A stretch of 61,495 bases of DNA, the filler included, from Basidiobolus ranarum (Eukaryota), in the NCBI GenBank assembly GCA_040143965.1. It is 5 parts of 5 records of this genome, joined end to end, with 100 filler letters (N's around TTAATTAATTAA, not from the genome) between each part and the next. Parts side by side here need not be neighbours in the genome. Positions count along the whole stretch, not along the records: positions 12,356 to 24,604 come from JASJQH010007432.1; positions 24,705 to 36,905 come from JASJQH010007434.1; 3 more parts are not named here. The stretch is one strand, 5' to 3'. The translations under genes were made by a program, and so were the position numbers. Below are positions 12,356-25,946 of the stretch, one piece after another. Position 1 is the first letter of the stretch. Each line of letters opens with the position of its first letter. Under the pieces are notes generated by a model that was given only the letters and a program-made list of their open reading frames with translations, did no database searches and was not told the origin of the DNA.

Positions 12356-13066
12356 GAAGAGATAATATTTTTCTTCCGTTAAGACCAAAGGTTCTCGGGA
12401 CACCACTACAATATGACTTTTTCCTAGGGCGCATAATCAGTTTTTGGGGTACCAATATGCTAACGGCTAATCCATGTCAGAAAATCTTGTTGGGGATGAT
12501 GAACAGTTGCATATTACGCGCCAATTAATTACATCATTTTTGAAAAATCACAGTATTTAGCTCCAATATCAATTTCAAGATTATGAACACGTATTTACAG
12601 GGGTAATTTGGTGATTCCGTTCATATATTCTGAGTAGATATAGATTCATCTAACCACGGAGAATGGAATTTGCATATCTTTTTGCTTCGCAGTCTAACTA
12701 TTATCACTAATGGTTACAACTGTGCATCATTGTATTCTGTTGAGGAGTACCTGCTCCTATATCATTTTCTCCATGCCTTGTGTATATTTTGAAGAATCAA
12801 GACTAATGTTCTTGGCCCTAGAGATTTGTTGCTGACTACAACAAGCATATCCTTGGTGACTCTAACGACATCATTTATGCTGCTAGAAATTCATCAGACA
12901 AGTCCTTTCATTTTGCATATTAGAGCCTGATAATGAACTGTATGAGCGTATTGAACACGGGCTTCACTGGTACATTTTTGTATTTATTCGTATGTATAAA
13001 TAAAAAACTTTGATGATAAGTATTTCTCTGGTGTGGCTATCCTTAGTAGAAATATTGCTTCCTAGA

Positions 13067-14013
13067 CTATAGTACTCCTGCTTCCTTCTTTAATTTGTCC
13101 ACAAGCTCATCAACGCTTTCCACAATCTTACCGCCTGATCGCTTAGGTGGCTCAGTGACCTCGAGTATCTGAAGACGTGGCTTGATATCAACGGAAAGCT
13201 CCTCTGGGGTGATTTTTGCCACCGGCTTCTTTTTCGCTTTCTAAGAATATGTGTAAATAATTTAATTGCGAAAGCTTAGTGCGATATGATTTACCATAAT
13301 GTTTGGAAGGGAAGCGTAGCGTGGCTCATTCAGTCTGTTGCGGAGCATTTAGTTATAAAGTACAGGCTTGTTTATGAGGGTGAAGGAGTTACCTTAGATC
13401 AGTGGTTATAACCGCGGGTGCTTTAAAACTAATGGTTTCCATCCCACCATCGATTTCCCTATCTACTAGGATACTATTGTCGTCTTTGATTTCAATTTTG
13501 GAGATAAATGTGGCCTAAAGGTGAGGAGGAATCAAAACAAATATTCAATGTACCACTAGGGAAATATCTTCTTACTTGAGGCCAATTTAACAGACCAGCT
13601 AGCATCTGACCAGTTTGATTGGAATCGTCATCAATTGCCTGTTTACCAACAATTACCAAGTCGATCTTCTCCTTCTCAACAATCGCTTTGAACAACTTGG
13701 CAACAGCCAGTGGCTCCAAGCTGGTTTCATCTTTGACGTCCACGTGTATAGCTCTATCTGCACCCATGGCCAAGGCAGTGCGGAGGGTCTCTTGACATTT
13801 TAAAGTGCCACACGAAATTGCCACTACCTCTGAAATCTTCTTACCCAACTTTTCTTTCATGCGAACGGCTTCCTCAACGGCTATTTCGTCGAAAGGATTC
13901 ATAGAGTGTTTGACTCCAGCCGTCTCCACTGCTGTCTTGGCCGAATTCACACGAACTCTCACTGCATAATCGATTACACGCTTACAGCCAACCAGTACCC
14001 GAAGAGAGGACAT
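13067..14013 (-). CDS. CIR1: Electron transfer flavoprotein beta subunit, multi-exon
   Basis: [58 protein letters not shown] and [13 protein letters not shown]; ends KEAGVL* (TAG). Confidence 0.94.
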
Positions 14014-14860
14014 ATTATCAGCTTGACTAGAGTAAGCATAAGAGTAAGAATACCCCAACGCTGGTCAAGGAGGCTTAGATTAATATACCTGACATTCACC
14101 CTCCTCCCCCTCCTAAAGTTATTAAATGTCACTTGATCTCCTCCATGAAATCGATGCCATTGGCTTTAGGTGGCAATTCTAGTAAGCAAATAAAATCCAT
14201 TGCATTCCATCTACTCCTTTTTTCACAGAACGTAACCAGAAACACATCACAGATGCTGAGCAATCAGCCGCACAAGGATCACTGATTGCCAGTTTCTCAT
14301 CGATTAACTGCTCTACATCGAGATCAGAGTATGCTCTTTCAAAGCCACACTATTTCGTGGTTTTTGGGTATTGCCTAGACAGGTATGGATCACAGGCGAT
14401 CCTGGGGATTTCTGATGAGGATTCTTGGTCTAAGAACAGCCAACGCATCGGCATATCATGAGGAGTGAGGTTGAAATACAATATCTGTAGGTGGCATACC
14501 ACTCGCAACTATTTACACAGCTTTGCTGTATCTAATTGTAATCAACAACGACGAAACCTAGCAAGTCATGCCGTGCCGTGCTATAGCGTAGAGGCACTTC
14601 ATTGGTAATGATGTTGTTGATTTTCTTTGATTCATTGGATATCATACGCTTGCATAGGATGTAAATAGTTCAAATCAGTAGTGTTTCCAATCAAACTGTT
14701 TGTTATTTATTCACTGACTTTTTGATGGCTATAAGTGCGTTTAGTCATGGCGTATGTCTAACGAATCCCGAACGACGATCATATAACACAACGGTGTAGA
14801 CACTCGTGCAAAAATCCATGAGACGGTATAAATATTTGAACAGTACCGACGTCCAGCAAC

Positions 14861-15076
14861 ATGGACCATCAGATTTCCGACAGAAAGCGCTCGGCAACCT
14901 TGGATGATGAAGCTGACCTAAAGCGACCTAGAACCCCCCTACACTTTCTGGAACATTTTACGGTTGACCCTACACTGTTCTTTCCACAACATGTTCAAGC
15001 AAATCTCACTGCCGCATTTTCCGTCAAGAATACACAACACGTCAAATTCAAGCGTGGCCCAAGCTCTGGTCAATAA
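14861..15076 (+). CDS. Small hypothetical ORF (71 aa), possibly a frameshifted longer gene
   Basis: TATAAATA about 30 bp upstream, good ATG context (CAAC ATG G), basic motifs RKRS and KRPRTP. No recognised domain. Confidence 0.35.
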   Translation: MDHQISDRKRSATLDDEADLKRPRTPLHFLEHFTVDPTLFFPQHVQANLTAAFSVKNTQHVKFKRGPSSGQ

Positions 15077-16863
15077 TGAAACAGAGGAATCCAAGTTGAA
15101 CGTGCAAGATACACGCCTTTCTCTGGAGCCTCCTCGATAGCCGAACTTCCTGAAGTAACCTCCGCTAATCGATCCAATAGTAGTGTCTAAAAGATTCCAG
15201 CTAAGCTTGATATCAAAATCATTTGATTCCCACTCGCTGTGTCTCCATAATAGTCTTTGAAAAGCAGGCTGAGGTTCTGGCATGACATCGCTCAAAAGCC
15301 TACCATTACTCTAGTATATAGCGATGTAGCATGATGAAGTGAAATAAAGAACATGATTCATTAAATTGAAGTCCCGAGGATTTCTGGGCAGTAAAGTGAT
15401 GGTGCAGGTGCAATATATTAATTCGGTTTAGGTTGGTATTTCGTCAGGCATGCTACAAACCAATACTCTGGCTACAAATAGTCACATGATTGCGGTGGAA
15501 TCTAATCGAGAATGGTATACGCAATGAATCAAGATGGAAAAAGACAATCAAGTGCTCAATTTGGTATAGTATTCGAATGGTTCAGTTTGAGAGCACGTTG
15601 AAATCTAGTTAAGAAATACATCGCTATTTTAAGCAAGGTAAATGCATGTGTAGCTATTCTCCTAGAAAGAAAATACCTCAAGATAGTTCTTTGCTGTGGC
15701 CCAACCTGCACCTAAACCATGGAACATTCTATACATCATTTCTGTGCCTACCCACAGTGGCTGGATACAAAGGTAGGCCTAGTAAGTACCTTGTCGAACT
15801 CCACATTTCATAAAGTGATCACAAGGAATTACAAGCCTGTTCGGGTAATGGAAGTATCACCTACGCCAAGGTTTCTTTAGAAGGAAATGCAATATTTTGT
15901 TACAATAACCAGTCGTTCTTCTCAGTGACGACAAGTGTACCTAGGGCACAGTATACAACTAGGTAGGTTCACTCATCTGTCTATAATAGCAGGGCCTACT
16001 GGCATTATGCACCAGTAATTGAGATCATAAACAAACGTTTCAAATCCAGACCTGAAATTCCCTGGATTTCTCATTGCTTTCATTTCTACCGCATCGTCAG
16101 GTGAATCTCTCTAAAGTCACTTCTATTTGGAGTGTGCATGTGGACTTATTATGCATGCTCAGTCTTTTGTATGAATCTTGGCATTTGCCGTGTTGCTTAA
16201 TCCCGTACCTTGCTTGATTTAGAGGCTGCCGTTATTTGGCGTCAACACATGTTCAACTTCAGAACAAATACTATTCGATCTATACCACATCAAGGTGTTT
16301 AAGCATTCATCTGGTAGTACACATATCTGACTGAAAAGCAGTCGCTTCATCCTACAAGTTAACTTCAACTATTAATCATGTACGAAGAACGATGAGCTGT
16401 TGTCACATGGTATCAAAAGGGCAGATGTCTATTTGATAAGTGGCCAATTAGGGTGTCTTGTGATTTAAGGTTAGGTAACGAATTCATCAGACAGTTCTCT
16501 GTGGAAAACTTACTCTATAGCCATCAGAAATATCGGTAGTTTATACTAATCATATTGGAAGGCAGTAATCATCGATCTTTTTGTTGCCGCAAGTAGGATA
16601 ATTAAATTAGATTGATATGGGAATGCATGTCAATCTAAACCAACGTAATAATTGGATATAACTACTAAAGTCATGTAGGTCTGCTGTTGTCAATTTGTTG
16701 TTTTACTTGAAAACTAAAGGCCACTTTCTTGACTAGTTTTCAACAATACAAAATTTACCCTTGCCTACTAAACTATCTTAAACTTATTCATCACTTTTCC
16801 TTTCTCTCATAGCAACTGGTAATACTCTTTTAGCAACTGTTCTGTGTGATACTACTTTCTATA

Positions 16864-18139
16864 ATGCATTCTGTACAAAGTTTGTTTTTTGATCTTCGCG
16901 AGTACCTAAATCCAGTCCTCAAGAACTCAAGATTTAAAGAAACCGGTGTGTTGACACCAGAAGAAGTATGAGAGAAGCTTCTTGAATTAACTAGCGTACC
17001 TACCATCCCTTATTGTAAACTAACCACCTTCCTTTACAAAGTTTGTGGCAGCTGGAGATTTCTTGGTATACAAATGTCCCACTTGGTCTTGGTATGCTCC
17101 AACAATTACTTAAAAATGTTGAGACTTGCAAGTTAATCTCTTCTTGATAGGGCTTCAGGCATCGAAAGCAAGCGTAGAGAATACCTACCAGAAGACAAAC
17201 AATACCTTGTCACTCGCAACGGTACGCATTAAGAAATCTCCCTACCATAATATTATTACTGATACAATGGATTATTAGTACCTTGTTTGAAACGTGTTAA
17301 GCAGATGGAGTATTCTGAGGAAGGTAACGAGGAAGTAGAAGCAGATGGCGAAGATGGTTGGGTAGCAACTCATAGCAACCGTGGTAATTTTATTTCCATC
17401 TTTGTTGAAATTAGCCCAGATATTTAATTTTCAAGAATAGTTGGCGATAAAGAAGAGGATATCCAAGAGATCGAAGGATTGGATACTGAGGAGGAAGAAG
17501 CAATCCAGAAGGTTGCAGAGCTGACTTTACAGGAGCAAGAAGAGAGTGCCGTTCCCGAAAACTTAGATGAAATACCAGATATGGATGACGATTTCGAAGA
17601 AATATTAGAAGATGAAGATCCAGTAAGTTGATATGTCTGTCACTGAGTGTGTCTCATCTCTAAACTCTTTATCTTCAGGCTGCCTACGTACAAACGGGTG
17701 ATGAGAATAACGACAACATCTTGAAAACTCGGACATATGATTTAAGCATCACCTACGACAAATACTACCAAACCCCAAGAGTGTGGCTGTTTGGGTATGA
17801 CGAGGTGCGTATTCTCAGAGCACTCGAGAGAATCCAGTATTAATTTCATTTTCTACCTAGAATCGTAACCCCTTAACCACAGATCAAGTCTTTGAAGACA
17901 TCTCCCAGGACCACGCGAAGAAAACGGTTACAATCGAGACACACCCTCATGAAAATCTGCAACTTGCGTCGATCCATCCATGTCGTCATGCCAATGTCAT
18001 GAAGAAGATCCTGGAGCGGCTAAGCGAGTCCGGACGCGAGGAGCTACGTGTAGACCAGTATATGATTATATTTTTGAAATTCATCTCAAGTGTGCTACCA
18101 ACTATCGACTATGACTACACCATATCAATGAGCGGTTAA
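16864..18139 (+). CDS. ATG3: Autophagy E2-like enzyme Atg3, multi-exon (absent from the ORF track)
   Basis: Manual translation gives [77 protein letters not shown], catalytic [13 protein letters not shown] and [20 protein letters not shown] at 18137-18139. Confidence 0.95.
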
Positions 18140-19033
18140 GAAAGCCTATATCAGTGCCTACTCCAATAATCCCCGTGTGCCCGCACCCCTTTCTCTTTGG
18201 TCGATAATGGACCTTTTGATCTGCAGTCTATATATTTAGTAAATAATTAAGTCCCCCTCCCACGTATATTAGTGTTAGGTACTACATGGATTTATAACTA
18301 GCTTTACTTTCAATAAATTTCCTGTCGAGTTAACAGAAACCATTCCATTCGGGCCCACATCGTAACCTGACATTAGAAGATCATAGCGTCAGGCATGTGA
18401 TTTATTTAGGATGCTCAGCGTCTTGCAGACGTGATTTGTCCTGCAAGCTAGTCGAGTCTCAACATGCGCATTTCTGCTGAGTCATAGTGATGCAAAAAAG
18501 TAACTCTACAAATAATGAAGTTCGTAGGGTTGTGAAGTATACTCGTAATAATAGACATAAACGCGATGAATTAATCTAAGGAATGAAACTAAGCCAGATA
18601 GTAACAACAAAGTAAATACGCTCACACACTATTTCGCGCTGCCAAAGAAAAAGTGACATGCCTTCTTAACTCACGCCAATCAACTCGATGCATCCTATAA
18701 GATGTGGACAATGGTGTACAACTAGTATGGAATGAAGATATTAACAAATTCATAAAATCACGATCTATATTTAGCTTAATGCTAGCATCATCCATCTCAA
18801 ATTGGTTGAAGACACGCTGAGGCTTCCTATTCATCAACTGCAGAAAATATTCAATCATTTTGAGTGTTGGCGATATTAACAATCATGACCTCACAGTGAT
18901 AAACAAACCCCACCGTCAGCTAGTCGTGCTACTCCAGTCTCTTTCCGACAAGTCAATCCTCCGAGTCGAGAGAAAACTTTAAACCGAACTGGCAAACCAT
19001 ACCTGAAGTTAATCGTCCATACCTTTAACTAGA

Positions 19034-19802
19034 ATGAATATCTTTAGAATCTCTGGAGACCTGATGCATTTGGCATCCATCTTAATTCTACTTTTGAAGA
19101 TGCATACAAGTAGATCAGTTGCTGGTATTGAATTATTTTATTTCTTCAAATGTTTGGTTTATGTGGATAATCTACTCACACGACTTTTGACAAGGTATCT
19201 CTTTCAAGACTCAGCTTCTCTATGCTATTGTTTTTACTGCTCGTTATCTGGATCTATTCGCCCACTTCACCTATTCCCTTTATAATACTACAATGAAGAT
19301 TTTCTTCTTGGTTTCATCGTTCTACATACTTTATGTTATGCGTACGAAGTTCGCAGCTACTTACAGCGCTACTCAAGACTCTTTCCGTCTTGAATATCTC
19401 ATTGGCCCTGCCGCCCTCTCCGCCTTTTTCCTCACTGAAGCATACACTTTTAGTGAAGTACGTATTAATTCTTTGAACACAATTTCAGTCTTTATTCTTA
19501 TATTCTTGTTTCAGATAATGTGGACATTCTCTTTAGCCCTCGAATCTGTGGCCATCCTTCCTCAGTTGTATATGCTTTCCACTACTGGAGAGGCAGAGAC
19601 AATTACAACCCATTATTTAGGAGCTCTTGGTGGCTATCGTGCCTTGTACCTTGTCAATTGGATCTATCGTTATCTATTTGATAATTACTTCAAGTTCGTT
19701 CCTGTCCTGGCTGGTATTATTCAAACTGCCCTATATCTAGATTTCTTCTATATCTACGTTACCAAAGTCCTACGTGGTAAAAAGTTCAAGCTTCCTGTGT
19801 AA
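19034..19802 (+). CDS. ERD2: HDEL/KDEL receptor, 3 exons
   Basis: MNIFRISGDLMHLASI, GISFKTQLLYAIVFTARYLDLF, LESVAILPQL and YRALYLVNWIYRY; ends GKKFKLPV. Confidence 0.95.
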
Positions 19803-20834
19803 ACATGGCTACGACTTGTACAACACTTGAGTTGACCAATTCGATCAATCAAGTTATCTTTCGTAGTTGCTTCGCGCTTACTATTTGTTCCACTCTGCTT
19901 ACTTTTTTAAAGATGTTTTTGAGAATTTCTATTGATCTTCTAACAGTTTAAGTAAATTCATACAATTCACTCAAAATAACATATATATGCAAGAAGAGAA
20001 TCACATTATCCTCTTCATTATAATCTTACTCATTTGAGTCTAAACGTAATCAGGTAAATGCACACTTCATGTATGTTCAGAGCATGCTCCGAATTGTCGA
20101 TGTAGTGAAACTTTGTATATATTACGCATCTATGAGGATAATTTCTTTGGTAACGAATAACTGGAGTTAACGTTATACAGTGATCTTAGCGAACGTACCT
20201 TGAGTGAACTCTTCAACATTTGTTGATGAGCTCATGCACTATTCGCTATGACTTGATTCCATTCAAATACTTCTGGGGAAACCTAAATTATCCATAATAT
20301 CAACGAAATCCCCCTAATTTTGTAAAGTGGGATATATTTTATCATCAGGAAATCTAATTCGATATTCAAGATCCATCCCTCGTCTTTTCGAACTTAAACA
20401 AAAGGCTATTATTGTTGTCAACTCGCGTTACTTTGCTGTTGTTCTTTTACCTTTTTTCTTTAGGATTAACCCGAGTTATTGTAAACCATTTACTTTCTAC
20501 TTTAACAAGTTCACTTTATTTTTACGTGAATTGAAACCTGAAGTTCTTCCTAAGACGTACGACACTAGATCTTACTTGCAATCATTTTTGTTGGAACCTG
20601 CATAATCACGGCCAAAAAACGAGAATACAAGTTGTAACTCTCCTGGTGGAATAGTATTTTTTATTCAATATAGTTGAAGCACCTTATATATTCGCATATA
20701 TATATATATACTATACTTACGAGAGAGTAGAGTTGAGTCTTCTCTTTCCTATTTTCTTTTTAAATTCGGATTCCTAGCCAGAGGGGTGGTGAATAGAAAC
20801 TTTCGAGACCAACGAAACAAGTGCTATACATACT

Positions 20835-23800
20835 ATGGAGACGAAACGTCCCTTTCAAGCGCGCTCTGTAAATCCTCTACACGAAGATACTAGCGAATAC
20901 AAAAACTTTGAACCAAGCTCTACGCCAAGTGAAGTGAAATATCCTCGCGTGAACTATGAAAACATGTCGCCAACTCGCCAACTAGACCCTAAAGGTCTAT
21001 GGCCGAATTCAGCACCTCAACTAAACAGAGGACGATCTAAACCATACCGGATCCCAAGGTATAAACCTAAAGGTTTACTGGTGTTTATCTAACTTTACAC
21101 TTTAGTGAACTTTTAAACTCTTGACTTCTATGTATATCTTTCAATAGTTTCTTAAACTTTTTGTCTATCTGTTTAGCCGCTCCTCTAGGGATCCAGAAGA
21201 TAGAAGAGTATACGAAGACCGGTTTCGTCATAGACCAGATAGGTAATTTAATTCATAAAATAATATACAATACTGCATCCGTTTCTCATCTTTAATTCCA
21301 CCACTTTATGATGGTTAAATTAGAGAACCACCTCGTACCGAGCGCCCCTCTTCCTCAAATTCAGGCTATTCTTTTGATCCGTCATATTATGATCATAATA
21401 GTTGCGCTGGCGCGGACTCTAAGAAGTATGGTCGTAACAATAGCCCCTCAACTCCTTTCACGACGCGGAGTAGTCAGCGCGATAAGAGCAATGATCCAGT
21501 CTCCATTGATAACTCCCGTAGTCTTAATAGCGGAGAATTTTTAACGCACAATGAAGCTTCCGAATTCGCCCCGATGGATACGACGTTTTCGCGTATCGGA
21601 GATAAAGAAGTATGTATATTTGTACGATGATTACTGTGATTTTATTGGTCGATTAACTCTAAACAATGATCATCTCTTCAGCGACGACCTAGGGAAAATG
21701 ATGGCTTTGGGCATTCACGAGGTCGTGGGTATCGAGCAAACAGCTTCGATAGAATAAAACGATATGATTCCGAAAGGGAATCTGGGAAAGGGAATTACCG
21801 AAACTATAGGAGTGTAAGAGACCATTCTTCCAGAGGTATCGATTCTTTCTCTAATTATCAAGACAGAGACTGGACGAGGGAGCGAAATCGGGACCGGGGA
21901 AGATGGGAGAGAGACCGAGACATGGGTCGAGATTATGGTAGAGTTAGAGGCTATGACAGATGGGATTCAGAAAGAATGTACGAAAAGCCTAGAGAGTCGA
22001 ATATACGATTTAGTCGGTTCGTAACGTTGTATTCATATGAAATCCAAAGTAGCATTGATTGATTTTGATGATTTTAAAGATTTGAACCAAATGATTCTTA
22101 TCGGGCCAGAGATAGAAACCGCGGATATTTTGACGAGGATCCGTATCGACGTGAATTTTATGGTGATTTCCGACGAGAACCTATCGATAGGAATGGCCAC
22201 GAGTATTATCTACATTCACGTAATTCCCTTACTCCAGAAAGACGTAGCGAGAGTGCTGAGTCTACCAGATATTCAGAAAGATACCAGGCTCTAGGAGAAG
22301 GCAGTTTGAGAGATGAAGATTCGCCGCGTAATGGGAAACCTTATGAGGAATTCGATAATAACGAGTATTCCCCTTATACTCGGAAGAAATCTACATCTAT
22401 CGAGCGTTCGTTTTCTTCTGTTCAACGCGCTCAAGAGGAAATTCCCGAAAAGCCTGGTCATGACTCAATAAACAACGAGAACATTGCATTAGAATCCAGC
22501 GTACAGAAGTTACATCCACGTGAAGAAATTACTGGCTCTAGTAAGGAATATGGTTCGCAATCACCACTCGAGAAACTGAAATCAAATCCATTGAAGCAAG
22601 TTGAAGCACATAAATCAGAGGAGTTCATGGAAGCCTCTGATTCTGTTGAAGTTTCAATAAATATTCAATCTGGCGACACTCTCATACCATGTGATGGTAA
22701 ATCGATAGATTTGTTAGAGAAAACCGCTGATCCGTCGTCAACAAATGAGGATACGATGGCATCTACTGCTCAGATACCTTGTACGAATACAAAGAAGCAA
22801 AAGAGTAATCAATCCGATTTAGAGGACGTCTCTTCTATGACTTCAGAGAATACTACCGCTGTATCATGTATTGAATCAGGCTCAGGAGAGTCATCACTAC
22901 AAGGAGCCTCGCATGCCTGTTTACCTCAAATGGATGAGCATTCCCTTGAAGTTTCCCACCAAGATCTCAAAAAAAGTTTCACTAACTTCCAGTCTGAAGA
23001 TGATAACACACACTTAAGATCATGTGAAGACCCTTCTGATGTAACGTCTAACAACCCTGAAGACCTCGGGATTACGCACGAGCCTAAGGGCCTAAAGAGC
23101 ACACATGAAACTATGGTACAGATCGAGGAGCAGGATGGTTCGCACATTGATCAACAAGAAACGGATGTAAAGGAAGTAACCTTTGCTGAAGAAAAAACCT
23201 CATTAACGCAGGATAAAATCTTCACTTTGATCGATCACATTGATTCAGAGATTGGGCGGTATGAGGCTTTACTTGTAAACGTTCGTAAGAACAAGAAATC
23301 GTGTATTGAAGCAGAATCACTAGAAATGGAAAACTCGTTAGATTCGTCTAATCGTGTTGAAGTTAAGACAAAAGTGATTCAGTTACTGAAGCCGGATTAC
23401 GAAGCAAAGAGATCAGCTAATAGTGACCTTACCGTATCTCAAACTACCCTGGGAACTTCGTCATGCCCAAATCCTCCAGAGCCTTTACTATATCAACAGA
23501 TCTATGCGGAAAATAGGTCGCTTGCTAAATCAAATATCAATCCCTTCCCCGGGCCCATATATAAAAGCTTGGAGGATTACCCTTTCTATTCGAAAAACAT
23601 TGAAAAGCACAAAAAAATTCGCGGCTTGATATTTACTCACCTAAGGCACAAATCAAATTCGTTAGAAGAGAAGGAGACAAGGCTTCGACAAGAATACAAG
23701 GAACACCTTGACAGTTGGCGAATTCGTGTCATTAAACTCGACAAAAGGAGAGAGAAAAAGAGAAGTAGAAAGCATATAGAGGACGAGTTACTTGTTTCCA

Positions 23801-24604
23801 ATGCCTCTGTTCGTGCCCAGCGCCGAGGAGGCAGTTAAGATTCGGATGCTGTGAGAAGTGAGGGCGGACTAATGGAAATTATACAATATCTTGAGAATGA
23901 GGAGTTACGAAACCCAGATGTTCGATCGATGAGAACTGCTGCCAAAATACCATCCATGATTTTGGATCCTTCTAAGCGAGAGTTGACCCAATATGATAAT
24001 CGAAATAACTTAGTTGAGGACCCTTTCAATTATTATCATTGTAACTCATCGGTTGATGAATGGACCGACGAAGAGCGGGAGATATTCATTAAGAGATACT
24101 TGCAATATCCAAAACAATTCGGAAAGATCGCGTCCTTCTTCAAAAATAAGAATCCAAGACAATGTGTGCTGTTTTATTACCGTGAGAAGAAATCGATCGA
24201 TTTCAAGAGATTGATTTCAGGTAAAGAAAAAAAGAAGCGGCGACTAACCCGGAAAGGGGCTGGTAAAAGAATCGGAAAGAGAAAGAAGAGTCAAGGTAGT
24301 TCTTTGGTTGAAGATATAGAAGAAGCCGAGCGAACTAATGCTCCTGACGAATTCACTGGCTCCCAATCCTTCTCAGATGGAAGGATGTCAAAGGAATCTG
24401 ATAGCGTGCCAGCCTCACCCGAAGCTCAGAAGTGGCCTAAAAAGTCCCGAGGCAAATATCGTCACAATACATTACCTGACGATGAAGGCGAAATTAATGA
24501 TGTTCCACAACAGCAGCCGGCTACTACAGCTCGATGGAGTGAGGAAGATCGACGCATTGCACTTGAAGCGTATAAGAAGTTTGGCCAAGATTTCTGCTCT
24601 GTTT
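20835..24604 (+). CDS. Snt1/NCoR-like SANT-domain corepressor subunit; 3' truncated by the gap, with one in-frame TAA at 23836-23838
   Basis: RD/RS-rich N-terminal exons, QQIYAENR, DAVRSE, TAAKIPSMI, SANT1 WTDEEREIFIKRYLQYPKQFGKIASF...CVLFYY and the start of SANT2 (WSEEDRRIALEAYKKFGQDF). Confidence 0.8.
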
Positions 24605-24704
24605 NNNNNNNNNNNNNNNNNNNNNNNNNNNNNNNNNNNNNNNNNNNNTTAATTAATTAANNNNNNNNNNNNNNNNNNNNNNNNNNNNNNNNNNNNNNNN
24701 NNNN
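24605..24704. other. Artificial contig linker
   Basis: N44-TTAATTAATTAA-N44. Confidence 0.97.
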
Positions 24705-24860
24705 AGAGAACTGACCTTTGGAAAATTTGGGCAAGCCCGATTCTTCCCATATGCTAGTGACTTGAGTATATTGTGAGAAGGGTGTACATGGGAGATTGCA
24801 TCCCCCAAACCCCCTCTTTTCATCCTTACCCTCCCTTACCCTTACCAGAACATCTATACC

Positions 24861-25340
24861 CTAACAACTGCCACACTTCTGGCCCCTAGTGTGAACATTG
24901 TTTCTCCATCAGCTAATTATACTGATATTTCAGGTGAACAGCATAGACTTGCTGGAATTACAAATTTTGCTTCCCGCTCTCTTGATCATTGTTTTGACAA
25001 TGGGGAATGCACTGACTGGGCTGATGCTTGCTATTATCAGCTCAGCTGTCAACATACCACCTGGTCAGGTGGTGCTCACACTTGGTTGGGAAGTGCTCAC
25101 AATGCTAACAGCTGGGTAGTGTCCAGTAAGCCTCGCATACCTTCTATCATTGTTATTCAACCTGGATATCAAGGTTGTGGCTCAACTGGACATGTTGGTG
25201 TTGTAGAGCACATTGGTAATGATGGAAGTGTATACACCAGTAACTAGAACTAAAAGTTCAGCGGAGAAGGAGGCAGATACAGTACCTCATACAGAAACTT
25301 TAACTCTGGAAGTGGAGTAACCTTTATCTGGCACCAATAG
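24861..25340 (+). pseudogene. CHAP-domain peptidoglycan amidase/endopeptidase pseudogene, bacterial-type and intronless
   Basis: GECTDWA (catalytic Cys) and PSIIVIQPGYQGCGSTGHVGVVE (catalytic His, Glu). Continues GSVYTSN*N*KF...GSGVTFIWHQ*, with in-frame TAG 25245 and TAA 25251. No ATG start. Confidence 0.8.
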
Positions 25341-25946
25341 ATATGCTTATTCTAAGCATAAAAATAGATGTAGATTAAACTGCTGAGCAGGGATAGCCCT
25401 TTAAATTAGATTGTTTTAATAAATTTAGAATATTGCTATGTTATGAGATCAGACTCCAATGATGGACAACTTGTTTATATTACTCTACAGGGCTCTATAG
25501 GTTTTACTGGTACTCGCATAATGTCAATATATCCTAAATTTATTCAGTTTAGCTTCTGGTAGAATCGTAATTTGCATAATGAGACCACAGTTACCGCTAC
25601 TCTGTCTGTAGTTGCTCATAACTGTGAGGTAATCCTAACAATTATTCTCGAAGACAACATGCCCATAAACTTATCACTAATCATAGCCTTTGAATGGGTG
25701 CCAGAGTACGCCCGTAGACTGACCATCTCGTCATATTGCACGAATCTAAAGCACAAAGGTTCTACCACGAATTTACATTGGTCAAAAAGGTTCTCTTTTG
25801 CAAATGCTGAATAAACGCTGCCCTCAAAGAATTATATAAGTAAGGACTCTAGCCTAACTTCCAAATCATATTCTTACGCTCTCAACTCACTTGAACTTGT
25901 TCAAAGCAGAAAAATTCTATCACTCAAACGCTACTCGTACTTGAAC

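Noticed and set aside
24820..24866. Telomere-like CCCTTA/CCCTAA repeats
   Set aside because: Only three or four degenerate units, better explained as low-complexity sequence or a repeat edge.
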